From Isurus oxyrinchus (taxonomy: Eukaryota), in contig JANJGN010000071.1 in the NCBI GenBank assembly GCA_026770705.1, positions 1,922,001 through 1,986,000 on the forward strand: a DNA stretch of 64,000 nucleotides, written 5' to 3'. The stretch's first letter is position 1, and each line of letters begins with the position of its first letter. The position numbers and the translations under genes are program-made. Positions 35,656-46,000 of the stretch are shown here, piece after piece. A model generated the notes under the pieces. It was not told the DNA's origin, searched no databases, and worked only from the letters and a program-made list of their open reading frames with translations.

Positions 35656-36041
35656 GGACACAAAGGGTTAACAGTTTTCTTTCAACGCAACACTAAGGCC
35701 CTACGTTTCAATGAAAGGGTTTTCACAATTGTTCCCAAATTCCTGATTTTGTCTCACAGAGAGACATCCACCATTTCTCATTAAATACACAGAGGGAGCA
35801 GCACAGGAAGAGGTCATTCAGCCCAAGCAGAGCGTGTGGGCAGTTCCTCCCCAGGCGAGCAGTCGGACAGGTCCTGGGTAAGTAACGGAACGATTGGAAT
35901 TCACTTCCACCACCAACACCGTCCTTTGTTGATGTTGTGACTTTATAAAGACAGATTCCAATGATTGATGCCTTTGAAAGATTTCTACTGATTATTGAGA
36001 TCTGGGTGTGAGGCTCAAGTCTGTTGTACAGAACATCTTTC
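35656..36041 (+). promoter_or_regulatory. Stray copy of promoter, non-coding exon 1 (donor at 35877) and start of intron 1, with no leader exon
   Basis: Near-identical to 1540-1800 and 39420-39690; homology stops at a CR1 fragment. Confidence 0.75.
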
Positions 36042-36388
36042 TGGTTAAATTATGCAGACAGGTTACACACAGTCTACGATTGTATTCCCTCAGGTCTAGA
36101 AGATTAAGGAGTGATCTAATTGAGGGGTTCAAACTGATTAAACACTCGATAGGGTCGATAGAGAGAAGCTATTCCCTCGGGTGGGGGTGGGTGGTGGGGG
36201 TCGGGTGGAGTCCAGAACAAGGGGGCCGGAACTTCAGATTGGAGCCAGGCCGTTCAGGGGTGATGTCAGGAAGCACTTCTTCACACAAAGGGGAGTGGAA
36301 ATCTGGAACTCTCTCCCCAATAATCAAACCCAACACCGAATACACATCATGTTGATTGTCACTCTGTCCATTTCCATCTCTATTACAG

Positions 36389-36493
36389 AAGAGAGGCGAG
36401 GGGAAAGCAGGAATCAAATCGAACCACCGTGTTGATGAATATCGAGGTCCTGTTTATGAAAACTGTGAGCGTGGTTGGGCTTTGAGGAATCAG
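36389..36493 (+). CDS. Orphan cytoplasmic exon, phase 0-0 (KRGEGKAGIKSNHRVDEYRGPVYENCERGWALRNQ)
   Basis: CTATTACAG| to CAG|GTGAGT, 105 nt, open, YEN motif, paralogous to the exon at 37151. Confidence 0.55.
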
Positions 36494-36628
36494 GTGAGTC
36501 ACACACCACAGGATCCCCAGCCTCTCAGCTGCTCCAGTAGCCTGGTTATTGATATGGCTGCTCCAGTCCTGTATCTGCAATGTTTTATACAGTCACTCCC
36601 AAACCCAACCAAACTCACACCCAACACC

Positions 36629-37050
36629 ATTCAGAATCAATAATCAAACCCCGTTCAGTATCAATAATCAAACCCCGTTCAGAATCAATAATCAAACCCC
36701 ATTCAGTATCAATAATCAAACCCCGTTCAATATCAATAAGCAAACCTCGTTCAGTATCAATAATCAAACCCCGTTCAGTATCAATAATCAAACCCCGATC
36801 AGTATCAATAAACAAACCCCATTCTGTATCAATAATCAAACCCCGTTCAGAATCAATAATCAAACCCCGTTCAGTATCAATAATCAAACCCCGTTCAGAA
36901 TCAATAATCAAACCCTGTTCAGAATCAATAATCAAACCTCGTTCAGTATCAATAATCAAATCCCGTTCAGAATCAATAATCAAACCCCGTTCAGAATCAA
37001 TAATCAAACCCCGTTCAGTATCAATAATCAAACCCTGTTCAGTATCAATA
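36629..37050 (+). repeat. 24-bp minisatellite (AATAATCAAACCCCGTTCAGTATC)
   Basis: About 17 units in the intron between the two YxN exons. Confidence 0.92.
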
Positions 37051-37150
37051 ATTAATGTATCTATTGTGGGTGGAATTTTTGATTTGGATCAATAATACTA
37101 AACACTGATCACTCTGATTGTCACTCTGATCATTTCTGTTTCTATTACAG

Positions 37151-37267
37151 AAGAAAGATGAGAAGGATCTGGAAATGAAATCTAACCGCGGAGTCAATCC
37201 TGATACAGATGATGATCTTTACGCAAACTGTGAATTTGCCAAGGATTCTGTTTATGGGAATTTATAA
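37151..37267 (+). CDS. Orphan terminal cytoplasmic exon (KKDEKDLEMKSNRGVNPDTDDDLYANCEFAKDSVYGNL-stop)
   Basis: Strong acceptor TTTCTATTACAG, phase 0, acidic-flanked YAN and YGNL motifs, TAA. Confidence 0.65.
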   Translation, partial: KKDEKDLEMKSNRGVNPDTDDDLYANCEFAKDSVYGNL

Positions 37268-38384
37268 ACTGAGCAAGAATGAGACACACACAGTGTAGGG
37301 AGAATACAGAACGGGAGAATCATTCAAAACTCTAACTTACCTTCCTAATATCCACAGGAACTCACTCCCAGGAAATAGATTTAAACCTCTTGTTACAATC
37401 TGATGGAATTTCTTCGGAATGATCTATCCAGGATGATTGTCTGTGGGTTTCAATTCGAACATCCTCCTTCAGAATTGTCCCTCCCTGTTGGAAACATCCT
37501 TCTCTCCATTCTGATTGTAAATGTCTTTAGATATCGTTCGATGATGTACCAGGACAGAACGGACAAATTCAATCCCGTGTCCATGATTATGAGTTAATTT
37601 TCATTCTGTTATTCACCTTCCTGTCAGTCAGTGTTTACAGAATATTCATCAGCCAGTGTAGACTTCAGGAAATGCAGGATCGGTGGATAATTGGAGCAGA
37701 GGAGATAGGCAAAATTTACTCAGCATTTTGTAATCAAATGTATTTTCAGATATATATTTGGATTTTACACTTCATTGTTAAACAGCAAAACTAACAGCAA
37801 TCTGGGAAACAGGGAAACAATTTGTTTGGAGATTTGAGAAATTCTCTGCAGCTCAGAGGAGAACAGATGTGCTACAGTGCCACCACTGGTGGGAGGACAT
37901 CATTTCAGCGTGACATGTTTACATTGATGTTGCCAGTGAACATAGGAAATTATGATGTGAAAAATTGGTTGCAGGTTTACCTTCTTCAGAAGTTCATGGA
38001 TGGATGAGACATCTTTGATAACAGAATGAGATATAGCTGCAATAAACCTCAATTTTAGTCTTTCACACTTGGAGAGTACAATTTGCATCCATTCTGAAGG
38101 CTGAGTGGATGGGTGGACTGTGCGATGTGTTTCAGATCACAGAGACCAACATCCTTGATCCTGGTTCTGCTCTATGTTTGATGACATTCTTGGATAAAAG
38201 ATTGGGAAAATAAATAATCCTCCTGCATTGATCTGTAACTGGTCTCTCCATCTGTCAATGTCCTGAGGAGAGAATTGGGTTTGAGGTCCAAAATCAGATG
38301 CATACTTTGACTGCCCATTGAATAGGAACAGGAGGAGGCCATTCAGCCCCCTCGAACCTGCTACACAGGAACAAGAGAGCACCT

Positions 38385-38600
38385 GAAATAAAAACAGAAA
38401 ATGCTGGAGAAACTGAGTAGGTCTGGCAGCATCTGAGGAGAGATAAACAGAATTAACATTTCGAGTCCGTATGACCCTTCTTCAGAGTCTATATGCAAAA
38501 ACTCTGTTTCTCTCTCCACAGCTGCTGCCAGACCTGCTGAGTCAAGGCAACATTTTTCATTTTTATTGAAGATTTACAACATCTGCAGTATTTATTTTTA
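38385..38600. mobile_element. Short palindromic Penelope-derived element with hammerhead-like motif (minus strand, about 38452-38488)
   Basis: Inverted arms related to the termini at 15372 and 17480; CUGAAGA-A-GGGUC-auacg-GACUC-GAAA-UGUUA. Confidence 0.55.
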
Positions 38601-38604
38601 ATGA

Positions 38605-39310
38605 GAGGAGGACATTCAGCCCCGCGACCCTGTTACACAGGAACAGGAGGAGGCCATTCAGCCCCCTCGAGCCTGTTACACAGGAACAGGAGGAGGCCAT
38701 TCAGCCCCATGAGCCTGTTATACAGGAAAAGGAGGAGGCCTTTCAGCCCCTCAAGCCTGTTACACAGGAACAGGAGGAAGCCCATTCAGCACCTCGAGCC
38801 TGTTACACAGGAACAGGAGGAGGCCCATTCAGCCCCTCGAGCCTGTTACACAGGAACAGGAGGAGGCCCATTCAGCCCCTCGAGCCTGTTACACAGGAAC
38901 AGGAGGAGGCCCATTCAGACCTTCAAGCCTCTAACACCAGAACGGAAGGAGGTCATTTCAGCCCCATGAGCTTGATGAACAGGAACAGGAGGAGGTCCAT
39001 TAAGCCCCTCAAGTCAGTTACATAGGAACAGGAGAAGTCTCATTCAGCCACACGAGCATCTTATATAAGAACATGAGGGGGCCCAAACAGCCCCTCAAGC
39101 CTCTTACACAAGAAACGGAGTAGGAGGTTCATTCAGTCCCTCGAGGCAGTTTTACAGGAACAGGAGGAGGCCCATTCAGCCACACAAGCCTCTTACACAG
39201 GAACAGGAGGAGGTCCATTCAGTCCCTCAAGCCTGTTACACAGGAACAGGAGGAGGCCCGTTCAACCACCTCGAGCTTAAAGCATGTGAACAGTCGATGG
39301 CCCTTCAGCC
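38605..39310 (+). repeat. About 43-bp minisatellite (ACAGGAACAGGAGGAGGCCATTCAGCCCCTCGAGCCTGTTAC) just upstream of the gene B promoter
   Basis: About 16 units. Confidence 0.88.
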
Positions 39311-39386
39311 ACATTCTTGGCACACAAAGGGTTAACAGTTTTCTAACTGTGCGAGGCAAAGAGATGCTTTCTAACTTGGGACTAAC

Positions 39387-39527
39387 CACTTCCTCATTTT
39401 GTCTCACAGTGACACATCCACCCTTTCTATTTAAACACACAGAGGGAGCAGCACAGGAAGAGGTCATTCAGCCCAAGCAGAGCGTGTGGGCAGTTCCTCC
39501 CCAGGCGAGCAGTCGGCCAGGTCCTGG
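39387..39527 (+). promoter_or_regulatory. Gene B promoter and non-coding exon 1
   Basis: CACTTCCTCATTTT (reverse strand AAAATGAGGAAGTG, PU.1/Spi-like), TATTTAAA at 39428-39435, donor at 39527/39528. Confidence 0.62.
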
Positions 39528-39977
39528 GTAAGTAACGGAACGATTGGAATTCACTTCCACGACCAACACCATCCTTTGTTGATGTTGTGACTTTATAAAG
39601 ACAGATTCCAATGATTGATGCCTTTGAAAGATTTCTACTGATCATTGAGATCAGGGTGTGAGGCTCAGTTCTGTTGTACAGAATATCTTTCTAGCTCAAA
39701 GGATGAGGGAATATCAGGGGTATGAGCTTTGGGACATCCTGAGGTGGTGAAAGGTGCTATAGAAATGCAAGTCCTTCATTGATTTATTTTTTTAAAGCTT
39801 TTTCACTCTCTGCAGAGCACCTATCATCCCACAGAGAACCAAATTAGTCTGTGAAGACATTGTCTAAAAGCAGTTCTGATCTCTCGAGAGCTGTCGGACA
39901 AGAGGTGAGGTCTCATTAACTCCTTTCTCTTTCAGAGTTTAAGAGTCAGAAGCTAAAGGAATATCTGGGAGTGGACA

Positions 39978-40017
39978 ATGATCGGGAAATCTTACTTCCT
40001 CCTGTCACTTCTCCAAG
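39978..40017 (+). CDS. Gene B leader exon
   Basis: MIGKSYFLLSLLQ, acceptor at 39935, donor G|GTAATA. Confidence 0.85.
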
Positions 40018-43000
40018 GTAATATCATCGTCAGCTTGGACAGACTTATGGCTAATAGTCTTTGTAAAAGAACATTCTTACTGAGCTCTGATAGGGAACTG
40101 ATTCAGCAGTGAGCCAGTGTACAAACTCACACCAAGTCCCATTCACCCATCACCCCTGTGCTCACTGATATACACTGACTCCCTGTCTGACAGCAGAACT
40201 GCAGGACAGCAGAGACCTCAAAGGGTTTCAGGGCTGGAGGGGGTGACAGTGATAGGGATTAGAGAGGGAGGATGGAGGGATAAGGAATCAATGAAGAGAT
40301 TTTGAAAATTGAGTCATTGCTGGACTGGGAGCCAGCGTAGGTCAGCGAGTGACAGGGGAGCAATCGGCTGAATAGAGAAGCAGGGATAAAAACTGGGGGA
40401 TGAAGTCTATCCTGATGCAAGCACTCCGATATCAATGCCCTGAAATTTTTCTCTCTTGCTGATTTTCATCAGAACTTCCCATGAAGACAACACAGAAGCT
40501 CTTAGATTAGACAGGCTGTTCAGCGTCACACTTCCTGTCCCTTCTCACCATGCTAGATACTTCAATAAGGGAGCAAGATAACTGATAGAGAGAAGGGAGG
40601 CAAAGCTGTCTGTGTGTAAAACTGTCAAATATTCCGAGTTATCATGATTGTTTCTGATCTGCTGCAGAGTTTATATTTCATTGAAACTTATCACTTTGCA
40701 GTTCAGAGAGAGACCATTGACTCACTGCCTGAAAGGCCGGAGAAGCAGATTCAACAGGAACTTTCAGAAGGGGAACTGGATAAATACTTGAAGGGGACAT
40801 TTTGCAGGGCTGTGGGGGAGAGAGCAGAGGTGAGAGTGGGACGAATTGGACAGATCTTTCAAAGGCGCAGCACAGGCTCGATGGGCCAAATGGCTTCCTT
40901 CAGTTCTGGATCATTCTACAATCCGATAAATTAAATCTCTTATCAGTAACTCTTCAGGCTCCTGCTGCAGGAATGGATCTTTCAGAAGGGCAGGGAACAA
41001 ACGGTTTCTCATATCATGTTCATATTTATTGACAATTACATAAGTGTATGGAACTGTTGAATATTTGACTCTCTAAAGTGTGGATTTAACCTTCTGGTCC
41101 ACCCAGATCTTGTGCTGGTTACCTTGTCTGGAGGTGTCTTTAACTGCTCACAGTGATCTGTGGGATTGTCACCCTTGGATGTTGTTCCTGATTTCATGTG
41201 GGATCTTCTCCTCGATGAAATAGGAGCGGGAATGGATCTGATTTATCCTCGGTTCCACCTCACCGCTGTGCCCTTGTGTGTTTGACTCCATAGGCCCTTG
41301 GTTCTGAACAAATCCTTGTCACCTCGGCTGGTGGTCATGAACCTTCTGTGGGATCCTGGATGTGAACTTGTCCCAACTGTAAACTTGGCAACTCTGCACC
41401 TCCATTTTTATCATGAACATTCCTTATCTTCTCTTGTAGTTTTAAAAGTTGCCCTCTGGTTTCTGAGAGAGTAGAATGGGTAAGAGTAGCGAAATTGGTC
41501 ACTACTGGCCCACCAAACATGTTCTCTGTCAGTGATGGAATAAGGTGAGGTGATGGTGTAGTGGTATTGTTGCTAGATGAGTAATTCAGACACCCAGGGT
41601 AATGTCCTGAGAATATGGGTTCAAATCCGACCATAATAGATGATGAAATTTGAATTTAATAAAAAGATGAAATTCAAAGTCTAGTGATGACCACAAAACC
41701 ATTGTTGGAAATCCCACCTGGTTCACCAGTGCCATTTAGGGAACAAAATTGTCTGGCGGACATGTGACTCCAGACTCCACGTCAATGTGGTTGACTCTTA
41801 CATTAGGGATGGGTAATAAATCCTGGCCTGACCAGTGACTCCCACATCCCATGAATGAATTTAACAAAGTTGCAGTTGTAGGTGTCGATCTCAGATGTAA
41901 CATTGCAATGTGTGGATCTTGCTTGGTCTGTCTACATTTGAGAATTAGGGATTTCACTGTGTGAATCATTCATTCAGCTAGGCTGTTAGATCTGGGGTAA
42001 TGAGGAGAAGAAGTAGTGTGATTGATATTCCAGATTATCTGTAATCATGAACCTAGGTTCACCAAATAAACTGAAAATAGTGCTCAGAGTGTGTGCACCA
42101 GTTGTGCTCGGTGTGTTGTGCTATTTTTGAATAACGGGATATCTGGTAAAGCTGTCGACGATGACGATGAAGTCAGTGACATGGACATGAAAGGATTCAG
42201 ATGTGATTTTGGACTAAGAATAGGCAGGAATTTCCTGTGGAATCAATGTTTCTTTGTGTTGACTTGGCTCATCCTCTTGACAAGCCTCGTACTTCCCTAC
42301 AACAACTTCAAGGTCATTGTTCATACCCGGCCAGGGACTGTATCTCTTGTGAGTCTCCTTGTGTGATCTGTGCCCATGTGTGAGGGATGAAGTGGTTGAA
42401 GAATATAGGATCACAAATGTGCCGGTATGATGCCCTGCCTGCCATTAAAAATGACTCCCTGGGAGATGCCTCGCTTATCTCGATGAGGTCAAGTTGAATC
42501 AGGCCACCCTTTCAATGATATTTCCACAGTTCCTGCAGAATTTTTCACTGTTCCCTCTTGTAGCTGCTGGCATTTCTGTTGTGCTAAATGTACTGGATCA
42601 ATTGACAGACTTGCATTCTCCTGCAGGTGTAATGTAGCAGCTCCCTTGAAACTGACAATACTGTTGAAACTTTCTGCATATTTCAATGTTATGTCCATGA
42701 ACTGAGTTGATGGGGTAGTTTCTGCATTTGACCCATGTGAAGTCTGACAGATTCCATGCATTGTCACTAGTGTGAGGTCACTGCATGCCGGTAGACTTGC
42801 AATTGCTCAGCCTTTAGTCTCCACGATGTAGAACATCTGTGACACCCAGGAGGATTGATTGTATTTGCACCCCAGGACTATGGATTCTGCACATGGAGTT
42901 GAAGTGTTGTACATAGCAGTTGGTTTCCCCATGGCCTCCCATGTCCTTGGATACATGTCTTTGAAAATTTGCTGGGGTGGGCTGTGGGAGGGGAATGTTG

Positions 43001-46000
43001 GCACTTGCCCCTGTGTCAATCTTGGTCAATAAAGGGGAGGTTGCAACTTTCTCAGGGCAGAAAATTGGAATCTTGGCCAATAGTGCAGGTGATGTGACAG
43101 CATCTGTTCTCCGTGAGATTGATGGTGTAAAAGGTTTGAAATTGTTCAACAATTGTACAATACGTTGAGCACAACTGTTGCACAAACTCTAGGTTGGGGT
43201 TTTCCGGCACAGTCATGATGGGACCTGCCGTGGGAGATTGGACAAACATTGGCTTTCGGCTGGACCGGACAATCCTGGCAGTGGGTGGGGCCAGAAAATC
43301 CCACCCCTATGGGACATTTTCAGTTTATTTGATGTGCCCAGAGAGATCTTTAAAGACAACAATCCACAATTTATTGGCAAGCCACGCCAGGATATGTGTG
43401 AGAGGTGGAATATCGATCAGCGCTCCTCGTCTCACCGTGTACATCATCGCCATTTCCTGGTTTGTCAGTCACCACATGTATATGTTCCTGATGGAATAGC
43501 GGATGGTCATTCTTATTGCTTGAAGGTTCCCCGTTGTGTAGGGTCTGTTTGGATCAGTGCACGGCTCTTTGTAGCTGCATGAGCCTTTGCTCTAGTGCCC
43601 TGCCGCTGTCAATGGCCCTTTCTGCCACAAGCCTTGCAGGATTGGTGGAAAGCTGGGCATTTCCTTGGTGCCTGCAGAAGGCCACACCTTCCACATGTCT
43701 CACTAGGTTTGGATGTTCTAGTCAGTGTGTCAACAATTGATGTTGTACTGAGGACCTGTAAGCTTCGTTGACCTGCGAGGATCACTTCGTATTTATGTCG
43801 ATCCTTGAGTAGCTCTTCAATGCTATAGGTTTTGGTCTTATCTAGCAGATCTCACCACGAGGGATCCGTTTGCTCCCCAGCTCTTTACTTGAGCTCTTTC
43901 CCGTCACTGTGTCTTCAAAGGTTTCCTGAGCAGTCAGTACACTGCGATTTCAACCCTCTCTGATGCTGTGTCTCTGTTATGGTCTGACCAAAGCGTTGAG
44001 GGTCGTCTCATGTCATGTAGCTCGATCTCAGGCTGTTCACCACGTCATACCTGTACTGAATCTTGCTGCCAGAATGTTTGGCCACCGCTGATCACCATGT
44101 TGTGTTTTTATAATGATATAAAGGCACCAGCCACTGATACGGAATTAGGTAAATACATTGTGGATTCATTTATTTAGAATAGTGACATGAGAACAGATAC
44201 ACAAGGATAGAAACTGGGAGACACCTGCAGCCAAACTGTGTGAGCTGTGTTCTGCTCACAGGCCAAAGTGAAACTTGGACTGGATGGTGTTATCATCCCA
44301 GCTGATGTTACTACTGGGCAAGTCAGATCCCAGGGTGGAACTCAGCTTGATAGGTCCTAACTTTTATTTTTTATTTAGGAATGTGGAGAGCAGCTACTGA
44401 ACAGAGTCACAGGAGTCATCTGATGAACTTCTAACAAAAGAATAAAACATTTATTAAACTAGGAAAGACAAACTATATTACATTACTCCATCACCCAGAC
44501 CTATACATTTACAGATATATACAGATTCATAAAGATAACGCAAGTTACAATAGCTATCTTATACTCTCATGTTCAAACTAAGTACACAGTCCATGTAAAC
44601 CAATAGACGACCTGTGGTCAGGGGCACCACATTCTAAAATCAAGTGACAGAACCCACTTGAAACAAATGCTATGTCTCCCTCCTCATCTGACCCCAGACG
44701 CTTGTTACACTGTGAGCCAACCAGTCTCACTGAACTGAGATATCCATATGAGGGTTTCCAATCTCCACTCTCCAAGAACTCACTTTGGAATCTTCTCCAA
44801 CATGACACTTTCACTCAGACACCTTCCACAAGGGTCCACTTTCACTATTTCAAACTCTCCTTCCCATGTTCCTGCCCCCTGGATCGCCACGTGCATTCAG
44901 CCTTCCTTCCACGCCCTGTCTCTCCAATGCTCAGCCGTGTCAATGGAACACCATGGCTTCACATGGCCGTAGTAATGAGTCACCAACCTGTGGTGTCTCC
45001 TAGGATCTTCTGGCTTCTCACAAGCCTATTTTGCTTTAGGCCTGTGTCCTGCTGCTTTCTCCCTTTATGCTTGAAGCCTTCTTCTGCTCCTCACTCTTAA
45101 CTTCACTTAACAGGGCCTTTTCCAGATTTGACTAGAAGGTCTTCTTGGGCCCTTTCTCCTGTTCCACTCGATGGTTTTGGCTTCATCTTTACTTTGGGAC
45201 TGACTATCTGTCCCAATCCTTTGTTGCTTCTCCTGGCAACTCCTTTCAACAGAACTGAAAGTCCTTTTCTGTTTTTCTCTGTCTCTGTGGTTCCCTCCCT
45301 CTGGATCACTGTTGCTAGGCAACAGCACAGTTTCTTACACGTTGTATTTGTTTTGACAGTCATAAAACCTCAAAGGAACGCTGGCTTCTTTTAAAGTCAA
45401 ATTCTATCTTTTCAAAACACCTAAACACAAAAATGCAAACTAAACTTGAACTTAAAGATAGACCTTATGCCTAACACACAAATAGACACATAGAACTGAC
45501 TTAAGCCAACCGCCGTTCCTATAGATCACATGACACACTTCCCCTCGAGTGATGTCATGCTGCTGTCCCTGAAAGGCATATTACAACAGTGTTATCACTT
45601 GACAGGTGATGTGTGCCAGGCAGACAAAGTCGATGAGAGAAAGGTGGTCACACTATCATAATGATTTTGCAATTTGTATTTATTATGAGATGTGTGCACT
45701 GAATTCAGAAGCAATAAGTCCACCAAGAAATTTAGAGAATTAAAAAAATAAATTAAAATATTTGTCATCAAAATAAAAGATTTCAAGCACATACATAAGA
45801 CTACAATGACAGCTATAATAACTCCTAAAATTCCTAATTAACCTGACTCCCAGTTACACTCCCGTTAAGGCAACAGTCCAAAAATAGATGTTAGATTTAA
45901 AACAAACTCAGCAAGTTAACCCAATGCCCTGGACAGTGGAATTCCAAATGGATTTTCCCCAACTTCAGTTCTGTTGGATAGCAGGCTTGTGCACAAACAG

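Noticed and set aside
36549-37095. ORFs of 8-aa repeats (INNQTPFS)
   Set aside because: 24-bp minisatellite lying inside an intron.
44672-45394. ORFs repeated at 58108-58776 as a conserved gene
   Set aside because: They lie in an LTR-like element copied by the B/C duplication; similarity reflects recent duplication.
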